DNA of 64,000 bases from an uncultured Gemmatimonadaceae bacterium. GTDB lineage: Bacteria; Gemmatimonadota; Gemmatimonadetes; Gemmatimonadales; Gemmatimonadaceae. Every line of letters starts with the position of its first letter. Position 1 is the stretch's first letter. Shown one piece after another: positions 28,663 to 40,326 of this stretch. The position numbers and the translations under genes are program-made. The notes under the pieces are model-generated. The model saw only the letters and a list, made by a program, of their open reading frames with translations. It searched no databases and had not been told where the DNA came from. The stretch lies in assembly GCA_963751275.1 (NCBI GenBank), contig CAVVTZ010000009.1, positions 480,001 through 544,000 on the forward strand, given 5' to 3'.

Positions 28663-29884
28663 TCAGCAGCCCCGCTTTCTTCCCCACGCGCTTGAACGCC
28701 GCCACCGCCAGATCGAGATCCTCGCGCGTGTGCGCCGCCGACAGCTGGCAGCGGATGCGCGCCGTGACCCTGCGGCACCACCGGGAAGCCGAAGCCCGTC
28801 ACGAAGACGCCCTCGTCGAGCAGCATCTCGCTCATCGCGGATCGCGGTGGCCGTCTCGCCGATGATGATCGGGACGATCGGCGTCTCGCCGTCGAGCGGC
28901 TTGAAGCCCGCCTCGGTCAGCGCCGCCGCGGAAGTAGCGCGCGTTGTCGTGCAGGCGTGCGACGCGCTCCGGGTGCCGTTCGATGCACGCGCACCGCCGC
29001 GAGCGCGCTGGCCGCCACGGTGGGCGGCAGCGCGTTCGAGAAGAGCTGCGGACGCGAGCGCTGCGTGAGCATAGTCGCAGAGCGCCGCCGAGCCGGCCGT
29101 GAAGCCGCCCGCCGCGCCGCCCAGCGCCTTGCCGAGCGTGCGACGTGATCACGTCCACCTCGCCGAGCACGCCGAAGTGCTCCGGCCGTGCCGCGCCCCG
29201 TCGCGCCGATGACGCCGGTGGCGTGCGAGTCGTCCACGACCACGCACGGCGTCGTGATCGCGCGCGATCTGCAGCAGCTGCGGCAGCTTCGCGATGCTCG
29301 CCCTCCATCGAGAAGATCGCCGTCGGTCCAGATCAGCCGGCGCCGCGCGCCCTTGGTCGCGCGCAGCTTCTCCTCGAGGTCGTCCAGGTCGCAGTGGCGG
29401 TACACGGCGGTCGTGCACTTCGTGATCGCCTTCGCGAGCCGGATCGAGTCGATGATCGACGCGTGGTTCAGCGCGTCGGAGACAGACGAAGTCGCCCTCT
29501 TCCACCACGGTCGCGGTGCAGCCCCTCGTTGGCGTTCCACGCGGAGACGAGCGACAGCGCCGCCTCGGTGCCCACGAAGCGCGGCGAGCGCCGCCTCGAG
29601 CTCGCGGTGCACGGTGAACGTGCCGCAGATGAAGCGCACGCTGCCCGTGCCGGCGCCGAACTTGTCGAGCGCCGTCGATGCCCGGCGCGGATCACGCTCG
29701 GCTCGTCGCACAGGCCGAGGTAGTTGTTCGACGAGAGGATCAGCACCTCGCCGCGCCCCTCCATCTTCACGTGCGCCGACTGCGGCGACGTCGAGGATAG
29801 TTGAGGCGCTTGTAGACGCCGTCCGTCTTGAACTGCGTCGAGCGCGGCCATGCAGCTCGCGCGTGAAGGAGGATTCGCGTTCAT
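28663..29884 (-). CDS. kbl: Glycine C-acetyltransferase (many indels)
   Basis: LSSNNYLGL, GTGSVRFICGT, SDALNHASIID, VDDSHATG, GFGFPVVPQG fragments; downstream of tdh. Confidence 0.88.
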
Positions 29885-29892
29885 CGGGATCC

Positions 29893-30941
29893 TCAGGCAC
29901 CGATGTCGAAGATGACCTTGCCCGCCGCGCCCGATCTTGATCGACGCGCGATGGCGTCGTCGAATCCGTCTCCAGCGGGAAGCGGTGCGTGATCACCGGC
30001 GCGCGGGTCGAACTTCCCCGACCGCAGGAAACGCGTCATCAGGTGCCACGTGTCGTACATCCGGCGCCCGGTCACGCCGTAGACGGTCACGCCCTTGAAG
30101 ATGAGCTCCGTCGGCGAAGTCGAACTCCATCGGCTTGGCCGGCATGCCGAGCATCTGCACGCGCCCGCCGGGCGCACGAGCTTGAATGCCTGGTGGATCG
30201 CGGCCGGCACGCCGCGACATCTCGAGCACCACGTCGACGCCGAGCCCGCCGGTCGCAGCCTTGCACGGCGGCCTCCGCCGTCCGTCTCGGATGGACGACA
30301 TCGTGCGCGCCCATCGCGCGCGCGAGCGCGAGCCGCGTGTGGTTCACGTCGCTCGCGATCACGCGCGACGCGCCGGCCGCCACGCAGATGCCGACCGCGA
30401 AGATGCCGATCGGGCCGCAGCCGGTGACAGCACCGTCGCGCCCGGGATCTCGGTGCGGTGAGCGCGGTGTGGAAGGCGTTCCCCATCGGGTCGTGGATGC
30501 CGCCGATCTCGATAGGAGATGTCGTCGTCCAGATGCCAGCACGTTCGTCGCCGGCATCGCGATGAACTCGGCGAAGCAGCCGTCGCGGTCCACGCCGATG
30601 ATCGCGCGTGTTCGGGCAGACGTGCGCCGTTGCCGGTGCGGCAGAGCATGGCAGTGTGCCGCAGACGATGTGCCCCTCGGCGGTCACGCGGTCGCCGACT
30701 TTCACGTCGCGTCACGAGCGTCCCGACCGCACCGACATTCGCCGGCGAACTCGTGGCCCACCGTGAAGGGCGGCTTGCAGCGCCCCTGCGCCCAGTCGTC
30801 CCATTCGTAGATGTGGACGTCGGTGCCGCACACGCCGGCGCGGCGTACGCGGATCAGGACCTCGTCGTCACGGATCGTGGGCTCGGGCACCTGCTTCATC
30901 ACGAAGCCCGGCGCCGCCTTCTCTTTCACGAGTGCTCGCAT
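29893..30941 (-). CDS. tdh: L-threonine 3-dehydrogenase (many indels)
   Basis: MRALVKEKAAPG, GVCGTDVHIYEWD, GHEFAG, GCGPIG, GVTGRRMYDTW, GKVIF. Confidence 0.9.
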
Positions 30942-31034
30942 GCGCCGAAAAATGCGCTCCGGGGGAACGCCCCGCCACCAGCGCCAATGATCCCGTCGCG
31001 CGCATGGCATTGATGCCGTGCCGGTTCAACCGAT

Positions 31035-31065
31035 GACTGTCGACTGTTGACTGTAGACTGTTGAC
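31035..31065. repeat. Heptamer tandem repeat GACTGTN
   Basis: gactgtc gactgtt gactgta gactgtt gac. Confidence 0.7.
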
Positions 31066-31091
31066 CGCACTTGGCAGTTGGACTCAGAGCC

Positions 31092-31120
31092 TTGCCGACC
31101 AAGGGAGTGCGGAACATACT
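31092..31120 (+). promoter_or_regulatory. sigma70-like promoter of the tldD/E operon
   Basis: TTGCCG-N17-CATACT. Confidence 0.5.
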
Positions 31121-31146
31121 CTCCGCTACCCTTTCACAACTGGGAT

Positions 31147-32787
31147 ATGAGTATGGACCCGACCTCCCGCCGCGAATTCCTCATCAAGTCCGGCGCCGCC
31201 GCGGCCGCCCTCGGCATCGCCTCCCTCGCCGAGAACGCCGCCGCGCAAACGCTCATTCTGCCCGGCGCGCCCGGCTCCGCCGGCGACGCCTCGATCAAGG
31301 ATCTCGCGCTCCTCGGCGTCGACGCCGCCAAGAAGGCCGGCGCGCAGTACGCCGATGTGCGCATCGCCCAGAACCGCAGCCAGCGCATCTTCACCCGCGA
31401 GCACCGCGTGCAGGCACTCGATGATTCCGAGACGTTCGGCATCGGCGTCCGCGTGCTGGCCAACGGCGCATGGGGCTTCGCCGCCGGCCGCGAGCTCACC
31501 AAGGACCAGGTGCTCGCCCTCGTGAAGCGCGCGATGGCGCAGGCGCAGGCCAACCGCACCGCGCTCGTGCCGGCCGGTCGTGCTCGCGCCCGGACGCCGA
31601 GGCACCAACGGCGCGTGGAAGACGCCCATCGAGACCGATCCCTTCACCGTTCCGATCGTCGACAAGGTCGCGCTGCTGCTCGCCGCGAACGAGGCGGCGA
31701 AGGTGCAGGGCGTCCGCAACGTCACCTCGAGCATGTTCTTCCTGCGCGAGGAGAAGACGCTCATGACGAGCGACGGCACGTACGTCGTGCAGACGATTTA
31801 TCGCACGCAGCCGTCGATGACCGTGACCGCCGTCTCCGAAGACCTCACCGACTTCCAGTCGCGCGCGGCGACCGACGTCGCGCCGATGGGGCTCGGCTAC
31901 GAGCACGTCGTCAGACGCGAAACTCGGCGAGAACGCGCCGCGCTGGGCAGACGACGCCGTGCAGAAACTCTCGGCCAAGCCCGTGGAGGTCGGGCAAGTA
32001 CGACCTCGTGCTGCATCCGTCGAACCTCTGGCTCACGATCCACGAATCGATCGCCCACCCGACGGAGCTCGATCGCGCGATGGGATACGAAGCCAACTAT
32101 GCGGGCACGAGCTTCGTCTCACCGCCGGAGAAGATGCTCGGCAAGTTCAAGTACGGCCCCGAGGTCATGAACATCCAGGGCGACCGCAAGCAGCCCGGCT
32201 CGCTCGCGGCGCGATCGGCTGGGACGACGAGGGCGTGCGCCCGACACCTTCGACATCATCAAGGACGGGATCGTGAACGACTACCAGACCACGCGCGAGC
32301 AGGCGCTCGTGGCTCGAGTGGTGGTACAAGAAGCAGGGCAAGCCCGGTCGCTCGCACGGCTGCTCGTACGCGCAGATCTGGTCCGACGTGCAGTTCCAGC
32401 GCATGCCGAACGTCTCGCTCTTCCCGGGCGAGAAGGATACAGTCGTGGGACGACCTGATCTCGGCGACGGACCACGGCATCGCGATCGTCGGCGACGGAT
32501 CGTTCTCGATCGACCAGCAGCGCTACAACGCGCAGTTCGGCGGCCAGTTCTTCTACGAGATCAAGGGCGGCAAGATCACCGGCATGCTCAAGGACGTCGC
32601 CTACCAGATCCGGACGCCGGAGTTCTGGGACTCGATGGACATGATCGGCGGCAAGAGCAGCTACCAGCTCGGCGGCGCGTTCGACGACGGCAAGGGGCAG
32701 CCCGCGCCAGTCGAACGCGGTGAGCCACGGCTGCGTGCCCTCGCGCTTCAAGCAGGTCAACGTCATCAACACCGGGAGGAAAGCTGA
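31147..32787 (+). CDS. TldD family metalloprotease 1 with Tat signal (indels)
   Basis: SRREFLIKSG..AAA signal; YADVRI; IHESIAHPTELDR; RMPNVSL; GKGQP. Confidence 0.88.
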   Translation: MSMDPTSRREFLIKSGAAAAALGIASLAENAAAQTLILPGAPGSAGDASIKDLALLGVDAAKKAGAQYADVRIAQNRSQRIFTREHRVQALDDSETFGIGVRVLANGAWGFAAGRELTKDQVLALVKRAMAQAQANRTALVPAGRARARTPRHQRRVEDAHRDRSLHRSDRRQGRAAARRERGGEGAGRPQRHLEHVLPARGEDAHDERRHVRRADDLSHAAVDDRDRRLRRPHRLPVARGDRRRADGARLRARRQTRNSARTRRAGQTTPCRNSRPSPWRSGKYDLVLHPSNLWLTIHESIAHPTELDRAMGYEANYAGTSFVSPPEKMLGKFKYGPEVMNIQGDRKQPGSLAARSAGTTRACARHLRHHQGRDRERLPDHARAGARGSSGGTRSRASPVARTAARTRRSGPTCSSSACRTSRSSRARRIQSWDDLISATDHGIAIVGDGSFSIDQQRYNAQFGGQFFYEIKGGKITGMLKDVAYQIRTPEFWDSMDMIGGKSSYQLGGAFDDGKGQPAPVERGEPRLRALALQAGQRHQHREES

Positions 32788-32791
32788 ACTC

Positions 32792-34176
32792 ATGACGCCG
32801 CGCTCGCTGTACGACTCCCGAGAACGCGCCGCTCTCGCGCGACGAATGCGCAGGCGCTCGCCAAGCGGACGATCGCCTTTTCGAAGGCGGAGCAGGTGCG
32901 CGTCACCATCCGCAACGGCTCGCAAGGCAATACGCGCTTCGCCGTCAATCAGGTGAGCACGGCCGGCGACATGAGCGACACGTCAGTCTCCGATGCACGG
33001 TGTCGTTCGGCAAGCGCGCGTCGAGCGCGAGCACCAACAAGCTCGACGACGCCTCCCTCAAGAACCTCGTCGCGCTCTGCCGAGCGACTCGCGCATCTCG
33101 CTCCCGAGGATCCGGAGCTCATGCCGGAGCTTGGGGCCCAGCAGTACGTGCCGGCCGACGGCTGGAGCGCCATCGACGGCCAATCTCGACGCGGCGGGGC
33201 GCGCGGCGGCGGTGCGCAGCGTCGCGACGCCGGCGCTCGATGCCGGCTTGGTCGCCACCGGCTTCATCGAGGCCGACGCCGACGTGCTCTCGGTCGCGAA
33301 CACGAAGGGCCTCTTCGCCTACGGCCGCCTGACCGGCGCGACGATGACGACCACCGTGCGCACCCCGACGGGCGCGGCAGCGGCTGGGCGGGCGCCTCGC
33401 ACTACGGATTCGACCAAGATCGATCCGCGGCGCGCTCGGCGAGCGCGCCGTCGAGAAGGCGCAAGGACTCCGTGGACGCGGTGGCCATCGAGCCGGGCAA
33501 GTACACCGTCGTGCTCGAGACCCGCCGCGGTCGGCAATCTCGTGCAGCTCCTCGGCTTCGCGCTCAACGGGCGCAGCGCCGACGAGGGCCGCAGCTTCTT
33601 CTCCAAGCCGGGCGGCGGCAACAAGATCGGCATGAAGGTGGTGGACGACCGCGTCACGCTCTGGTCGGATCCCGCCGATCCCGACGCGCGCGCGTACCCG
33701 TTCGCTCCCGACGGCCTCGCGATCGTCCAGCACGCCGTGGATCGACCAACGGCGTGTGCACGAATCTCTCGTACGACCGCTACTGGGCGCAGAAGCAGGG
33801 GAAGGAGCCGACGCCGTTCAGCCGCTCGCTGCACATGGCCGGCGGCACGTGCTCGGTCGAGGATCTCGTCGCGTCCACGCAACGCGGCATCCTCGTCACC
33901 CGCTTCTGGTACATCCGCCCCGTGGACCCGCGCACGATGCTGTTCACCGGGCTCACGCGCGACGGCACGTTCCTCATCGAGAACGGGAAGGTGACGCGTC
34001 CGATCAAGAATCTGCGCTTCAACGAATCGCCCGTGTTCATGCTCAACAACCTCGAAGCGATGGGCGAGTCCGTTCGCGTCGCCGCCAGCGAGGACAGCAG
34101 TCCCGGAGCCGCCATCGTCGTCCCGCCGATCAAGGCGCGCGACTTCACGTTCACCAGCCTGAGTGACGCCATCTGA
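32792..34176 (+). CDS. TldE/PmbA family partner 1 (indels)
   Basis: [50 protein letters not shown]. Confidence 0.85.
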
Positions 34177-35811
34177 TGACTGACCGCCGAGAATTCCTCA
34201 AACATAGCGCGCAGGTCGCGGCCGCGATCGCCGCCGCCAATGCGTGGAAGGTGACGGGAGGCGCGGGGCAGCTGCTCGCCGCGTCGGCCGCGCCCGCCGC
34301 GCCGCCGCTGCCCGATGCGACCATCAAGGCCCTCATGATGGACGCGCTCAACGCCGCGAAGTCCGCCGGGGCGAGCTAGGCCGATGTGCGCATCGGACGC
34401 CAGCAGCAGAATTTCGTCTTCACGCGCGACGACCATATCAACAACGTCGTGGACACCGATTCGGTGGGCTGCGGCGTGCGCGCCCTCGTCGATGGCGCCT
34501 GGGGCTTCGCCGCCACCCGGAACCTCACGACCCGCCGTCACCGCCGCCGCGAAGGAAGCGGTCGCCATCGCGAAGGCGAACAAGATGGCGCTCGACCGCG
34601 CGGCGGTGCTCGCGCCCGCGCCGGTGCTGCCCAGCGCCATCTGGAAGAGCGCCTACAAGACCGATCCGTGGGACGTCTCGGTGGAAGAGAAGGTCGACCT
34701 GCTCCTCGCGCGAACGCGGACGCACTCAAGACGCCCAGCGTGAAGTACGTGAACTTCAGCGGCCTCTTCTTCGTGAAGGAACAGCGCGACTACGCCAACA
34801 GCGACGGCTCGGTCACCTCCCAGACCGCCATCCGCAGCTGGCCGCTGATGCAGATCACCGCCGTCGCGCCGGATTTCTCGGACTTCCAGAACCGCGGCAA
34901 CGTCGTGCCGCCCCATGGGACGCGGCTGGGAATACGTCCTCGGCGCCGACCTTCCCGGCAACGCGGCCAAGTGGGCCGACGAGGCCGCGCAGAAGCTCAA
35001 GGCGAAGCCGGTGGAGCCGGGCAAGTACGACCTCGTGCTGCACCCGTCGCACCTCTGGCTCACGATCCACGAGTCGATCGGCCATCCCACGGAACTCGAC
35101 CGTGCGCTCGGCTACGAAGCCAACTACGCCGGCACGAGCTTCGTCGCGCCGCCGGAGAAGGTGCTGGGCAAGCTCAAGTACGGGCCCGAGTTCATGAATA
35201 TCCAGGGCGACCGCTCGCAGGAGGGCGGCCTCTCCACGATCGGGTTCGATGATGACGGCGTGAAGCCCAACGACTTCCTCATCATCAAGAACGGCATCTT
35301 CAATGACTACCAGACCACGCGCGAACAGGCGGAGTGGATCAGCTGGTGGTACAAGCAGAACAACACGGAGACGCGCTCGCACGGCTGCTCCTACGCGCAG
35401 GGCTGGGACAACGTCCAGTTCCAGCGCATGCCGAACGTCTCGCTGCTCCCCGGCGAGAAGGACCTGGTGTGGGAGGACCTGATCGCCGCGACCGACAGCG
35501 GCATCGCCATCATCGGCGATGGATCGTTCTCCATCGACCAGCAGCGCTACAATGGCCAGTTCGGCGGCCAGACCGCCTGGGAAGTGAAGGGCGGCAAGAT
35601 CGTCGGCATGCTCAAGGACGTCGCGTACCAAATGCGCACGCCCGATTTCTGGAACAGCATGGACATGATCGGCGGCAAGCGCGGCTATGAACTCGGCGGT
35701 TCCTTCTTCGACGGCAAGGGCCAACCCGGCCAGGTCAACGCCGTGAGCCACGGCGCCGTGCCCTCGCGCTTCAAACAGATCAACGTCATCAACACCGGGA
35801 GAAAAGTATGA
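34176..35811 (+). CDS. TldD family metalloprotease 2 with Tat signal (in-frame TAG at 34377 and indels)
   Basis: [11 protein letters not shown] signal; IHESIGHPTELDR; RMPNVSL; GKGQPGQ. Confidence 0.88.
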
Positions 35812-37213
35812 GCCGCCGCACTCGACCCCTCAGCCTGATCGAGCGCGACGCCCCCGCGGAATCGGCCGTGCTCTCGTCGGACGAATCGCAGCGCATCATC
35901 GAACGCTGCACGAAACTGTCGAAGGCGGACAGCATCGAGATCCAACTCGGATCGAACATCACCGGCAATACCCGCTTCGCGGCGAACCAGATGTCCACGT
36001 CGGGCAGCGTGTCCGATGTGCAGCTGGTGGTGCAGAGCAACTATGGGCCGAAGCACGCCGTGGTCGTGACCAACGAATTGTCGGACGACGCGATCGCGGC
36101 CGCTGTCAAGCAGTCCGAAGCCCTCGCCAAGCTCGCGCCGGATGATCCGGAGGCGATGCCGCCGTTGGGCCTGCAGAAGTACCTGCCCGTCGATGCGTGG
36201 TTCGACTCGACGGCCAAGCTGACGCCCACCGACCGCGCGAAGGTCGCCTTGGTCGCTCTGAGCAAGGCGCGCGCCGCGGGCGATCTCATGGCCTCCGGTT
36301 TCCTGCTCACGGGCGCGCAGTCCACGGCGCTCGGGAACAGCAAGGGGATGTTCGCGTACTTCCGCTCGACGAGCGCGAACTATCAGCTCACGGTGCGCAC
36401 GTCCGATGGGTCCGGCTCCGGCTGGGCCGCGCAGGACACGCAGGACTGGGCGCACTTCGATTTCAAGGGCGTCACCGAGCGAGCGACCGAGAAGGCGATG
36501 CTCTCGCGCAGCCCGGTGGCCATCGAGCCGGGCCGCTACACGGTGATCTTCGAGCCGCAGGCCGCCGGCGACCTGATCCAGCTCATCGGCAACCAGGCCG
36601 ACGCGCGCTCCGTCGGACGAAGGACGCAGCCCCTTCTCCAAACAGGGCAAGGACGGCGGCAACAAGATCGGCGAGAAGATCATGGATGAACGCGTCACGA
36701 TCTTCGCCGACCCGCAGGACCCGCAACTCCGCTCGCAACCCTTCGATGGCGACGGTCTGCCCCTCGGCCGCCAGGTGTTCATCAACAAGGGCGTGCTCAA
36801 CGAGCTGTACTACTCGCGCTTCTGGGCGAAGAAGATGAACAAGCCCGCCACCGGCCAGCCGCAGGCCATGAAGAATGGCCGGCTCCACGACCGGCACCAC
36901 GGTGGATGATCTCATCAAGTCCACGCCGCGGGGCATTCTCGTCACGCGGCTCTGGTACCTCCGTCAGGTGGACCCGCGCACCATCCTGTACACGGGCCTC
37001 ACCCGCGATGGCACCTTCCTGATCGAGAACGGCAAGATCAGCAAGTCGATCCGGAATTTCCGCTTCAACGATTCGCCGTTGTTCATGCTCAACAACCTCG
37101 AGATGCTCGGCACCGCCGAGCGGATCGGCGGCACGGAGCAGGGCGGCGACATCGTGATGCCGGCGATCAAGGTGAAGGACTTCAACTTCACGTCGCTGTC
37201 GGAAGCGGTATAA
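35808..37213 (+). CDS. TldE/PmbA family partner 2 (indels)
   Basis: [43 protein letters not shown]. Confidence 0.87.
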
Positions 37214-37225
37214 GAACCTGTTACA

Positions 37226-37284
37226 CGGGAATCGGGAATCGGGAATCGACAACGCAGTTTCGATTCCCGACTCCCGACTCCCGA
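37226..37284. repeat. Inverted pair of GGGAATC/GGGAGTC heptamer arrays
   Basis: cgggaatcgggaatcgggaatcg ... cgattcccgactcccgactcccga. Confidence 0.8.
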
Positions 37285-37295
37285 GAAAGAAGAAA

Positions 37296-37325
37296 AGGCC
37301 GGACGAGCAGTCGCTCGTCCGGCCT
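37296..37325 (-). terminator. Intrinsic terminator for the small minus-strand ORF (possibly bidirectional)
   Basis: aggccggacgagc-agtc-gctcgtccggcct with an A-rich flank (U-tract on the minus strand). Confidence 0.7.
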
Positions 37326-37351
37326 CATTCATTTATGACTGCAGTCGTTCC

Positions 37352-37507
37352 CTACGCTACACGCTTTTTGGTCGTCGGCGCCGGCAGTTCCGGCACTGCG
37401 CTCCACTCATAAGCCCAGAACAACGGCGGAGTCTCGTCGCGGTCTCCATTGGAGATCACAATGCCGAGGGGCTCAGGGGACTGGTGCATCTCTTTGCGTG
37501 CGGCCAT
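37352..37507 (-). CDS. Small hypothetical protein (51 aa)
   Basis: MAARKEMHQSPEPLGIVISNGDRDETPPLFWAYEWSAVP..; GAGGAG RBS upstream, terminator downstream. Confidence 0.6.
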   Translation of the reverse strand: MAARKEMHQSPEPLGIVISNGDRDETPPLFWAYEWSAVPELPAPTTKKRVA

Positions 37508-37695
37508 GGGAACTCTCCTCGAGGGAAAAGCCCCCGGAACGGTTCGAGGGCTCGCCGAGGTATAAAGCATCCCCCATGCCACGGAACAGCTAATTCGTAT
37601 GTAGTTGTCCTGGCAGTAGTTAGCGTCAGTCCTCAGTCTTCAATCGGCGTCCGCCGTTGCATTAAGACACGTCGCCCCAGCGCGATTCCGTGTCT

Positions 37696-38466
37696 TTACG
37701 CCACCTGTTTGCGGGCGAGGAAAGTCTCCGCACTCGTCCCGCCGCGCTCGATGGAAACATTCCAGCCGCGGTACACCGCACGCAGTTCCTCGATCGGCAC
37801 CAGCCGCACGCCGTGCGCGCTCGTCTCCACGAGGTGCACGCCACCGGCGGTCGTCGCGCTCTGCAGCAGCGCGATCGCGCGGCGCCGCTCATCGTCGGTC
37901 AGGCCGGAGAACGCGGCCGCCGCGCACACCACCGCGTTCAGCGGCATGTCGGGCGACCAGCTCGAGAGGTCCGCCACCAGGCCGCGGATCCGGCTCGTCA
38001 GCCCCACCTCGGCGGCCGCCGCATACACGCGCTCCATCGCTTCCTCTTCGCGGTCCAGCGTCGTCACGTCGCAGCCGTTCGCGGCGAGATAGAGCGTCGG
38101 ACCGTCCGCGCTCGCACCGGCCACGAGGATGTGCCCATCGGGGGAGCGCTTCACTTCGCGCACGAGCGCGCTGTCGGCGCGCATGCCCCAGCGCTCGGGC
38201 CGCTGGAAATCGGCGAGCGCCTTCACGCGCCGTTTGCGCCACGCGTCATAGCTGGGAAGGCGGAGCCGTGCCTTCACGATCCGGTCCACCTCGGCGCAGA
38301 GCAGCAGTTCCGTCAACGCGAGCTGCGCGGCATCCTCGAGCGCCTTCACTGCCTCGTCGCCAATGGCGAGGATCACGCGGCGCGGAACGGACTCCTTATA
38401 GTTCTCGATCTCGCGCTCGACGAAGATCTCGTACTCGTGCTTGAGCGACTGTTGGCGTTGGGCCAT
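37696..38466 (-). CDS. Class I SAM-dependent methyltransferase-like protein with N-terminal extension
   Basis: LYLAANGCDVTTLD, VADL, ATTAGGVHLV (TehB-like); degenerate motif I. Confidence 0.65.
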   Translation of the reverse strand: MAQRQQSLKHEYEIFVEREIENYKESVPRRVILAIGDEAVKALEDAAQLALTELLLCAEVDRIVKARLRLPSYDAWRKRRVKALADFQRPERWGMRADSALVREVKRSPDGHILVAGASADGPTLYLAANGCDVTTLDREEEAMERVYAAAAEVGLTSRIRGLVADLSSWSPDMPLNAVVCAAAAFSGLTDDERRRAIALLQSATTAGGVHLVETSAHGVRLVPIEELRAVYRGWNVSIERGGTSAETFLARKQVA

Positions 38467-38537
38467 TAGCACCGCGTGAGGTGTGGGCCGACAAGTCAAG
38501 CTATATCAATCTATTAGCCGCGCAAGAGATTGCGCCG

Positions 38538-39432
38538 CTACGCCGGCTCCACGTGAACGAGCACATCGCTGGCGCCAAACTGTTGCGATACGCGCCGCTC
38601 GACCTCATCGGCGACGACGTGCGCATCCGCCACGCTCGTCGCCGCGCCGACACCGATCGTGATCTCCGCGCTCATCAGCCCCGACGCCAACCGCCGCGAA
38701 CGCGCCGCGCGCACGTCGATCACGCCCGCCACCTCGAGCGCTGCGCGACGCAATTCCTTCGCGTCCACACCGCGCTCATCGACCAGCACCGGCACCGAGC
38801 CGCGCACGATCCGGTAGCCGTTCCACGCGATCACGAGCGCCACGAGGATCGCGAGCGCCGGGTCCACCGCGCCCCAGCCGAATCGCGTGAGCACCAGGGA
38901 GCCGAGCGCCGCCGCCGTGACGTAGATGTCGCTGTTCGTGTGCGCGGCATCGGCGAGCAGGAAGGGACTCGCCAACTCCTCGCCGCGCCGGCGCTCATAG
39001 CGCACCACGAACACGTTCACCGCCATCGTGCCGCCGATCAGCAGCAGCGAGGCGAGCGATGGGCTCTTCGGCTGGTCGCCCGAGATCAGGTGCCGCACCC
39101 CTTCACGCAGCAGCTCGAAGCACGGAGATGGACAGGAATCCAGCGATGCCGAGCGCGCCGAGCGTCTCGAACTTCGCGTGGCCGTACGGGTGGTCCTCGT
39201 CCGGCCCGCGCGCCGCGAGTCCCACCAACGCGATCCCCACCACGTTGTTCAGCAGATCGAGCGATGACTCCAATGCCGCACCGAGCACCGACAGCGCATC
39301 GGTGCGCACGCCGACCACGATCTTCACGCCCACGACGAGTGCGTTGAGCACGAGGATGAGCAGCAGCGTCGAGCGCACCGCGCGCGAGCGCGCGGCGTCG
39401 TCGGGGCGGGGAGCGGTGATGGGCTCGGGCAC
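38538..39432 (-). CDS. Cation diffusion facilitator transporter (indel near 39120)
   Basis: PDEDHPYGHAKFE, ADAAHTNSD, DVLVHVEP. Confidence 0.9.
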
Positions 39433-39438
39433 GCGCGA

Positions 39439-39516
39439 AGTGTGCCGCGGCGGCGGGTGGCGGTCAACTGCGGGCGCGGCCGCGCGGTTGACCTTTGCGC
39501 GCCGGCCGCCGAGCGT
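39439..39516. promoter_or_regulatory. Back-to-back promoters for the CDF gene and mutM
   Basis: Minus strand TTGACC-N17-CACACT-6nt-GTG; plus strand TTGACC-N17-GAGCGT-6nt-ATG. Confidence 0.55.
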
Positions 39517-39522
39517 TCAGCG

Positions 39523-40302
39523 ATGCCGGAGCTCCCCGAGATCGAGGCGGCCGCGGCGCAGTTGCGCGCGGCATTGCAGGGCGGCACGATCGCGATGATC
39601 GAGGTCGCGCACCCGGCGTTCGCGCGCCGGCTGCCGGCAAGAGCCGCGGGTGCACTCGCCGGCCGCGCCGTGGACGGCGTCGAACGGCGCGGCAAGCACC
39701 AGATCATCCGTCTCGCCGGCGGCGGCGTGGTGCTCGTGCACTTCCGGTTGAACGGCGAATGGGAGGTGGGGCGCGCCGGCGACGCGGTGCCGCGCTTCTC
39801 GCGCGTCGCGATCACGCTCACCAACGGCACGCGCGTGTCGCTCGTGGATTCGCGCGCGCTCTCCACGCTGGAGTTCGCGGCGACCGCCGAGGGGAAGCTG
39901 CCACGCATGGGACCCGAGGCCACGGATGCCGCGTTCACCGCCGACGCGCTCGGCGCCGCGCTCGCGCGGAAGAAGGGCGCGATCAAGCCGGCGCTGCTGG
40001 ACCAGCGCGTCGTGGCGGGGCTCGGCAACATCTACGCGGCGGAGGCATTGTGGCTCGCGCGGATCAGCCCGCTGGCGCCGGCGGCGAAGCTCGGCGCCGC
40101 GCGCCGCGCGCGATTGGTGAGAGCGGTCCGCGACGTGCTGCGCCGTGCGCCGTCCGGGCGCTACTGGATGAGTGACCGCGTCACGAATTGGCGCGTGTAC
40201 GACCGGGAAGGGGACCGCTGCCGCCGCTGCGGCGGGCGGATCCGGCGCATCGCGCAGGCAGGGCGCTCGACGTTCTATTGTTCATCGTGCCAGCGCCGTT
40301 GA
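39523..40302 (+). CDS. mutM: Formamidopyrimidine-DNA glycosylase (Fpg/Nei)
   Basis: MPELPEIE, RRGKH, LLDQRVVAGLGNIYA, C-terminal zinc finger CRRC..CSSCQ. Confidence 0.9.
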   Translation: MPELPEIEAAAAQLRAALQGGTIAMIEVAHPAFARRLPARAAGALAGRAVDGVERRGKHQIIRLAGGGVVLVHFRLNGEWEVGRAGDAVPRFSRVAITLTNGTRVSLVDSRALSTLEFAATAEGKLPRMGPEATDAAFTADALGAALARKKGAIKPALLDQRVVAGLGNIYAAEALWLARISPLAPAAKLGAARRARLVRAVRDVLRRAPSGRYWMSDRVTNWRVYDREGDRCRRCGGRIRRIAQAGRSTFYCSSCQRR

Positions 40303-40326
40303 ACCGTATCGAACCCGGAGGCCGTC

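Noticed and set aside
34377..34379. In-frame TAG in tldD2 as pyrrolysine or readthrough
   Set aside because: It aligns with Tyr in the paralog (AQYADVRI), is one substitution from TAC/TGG, and lies in the error-rich zone; no pyl genes are seen.
28600..36900. Dense frameshifts suggesting pseudogenes or programmed frameshifting
   Set aside because: Similar indels hit essential genes (rho, atpA, atpD, waaA) and lack slippery-site patterns; most consistent with low-coverage long-read error.
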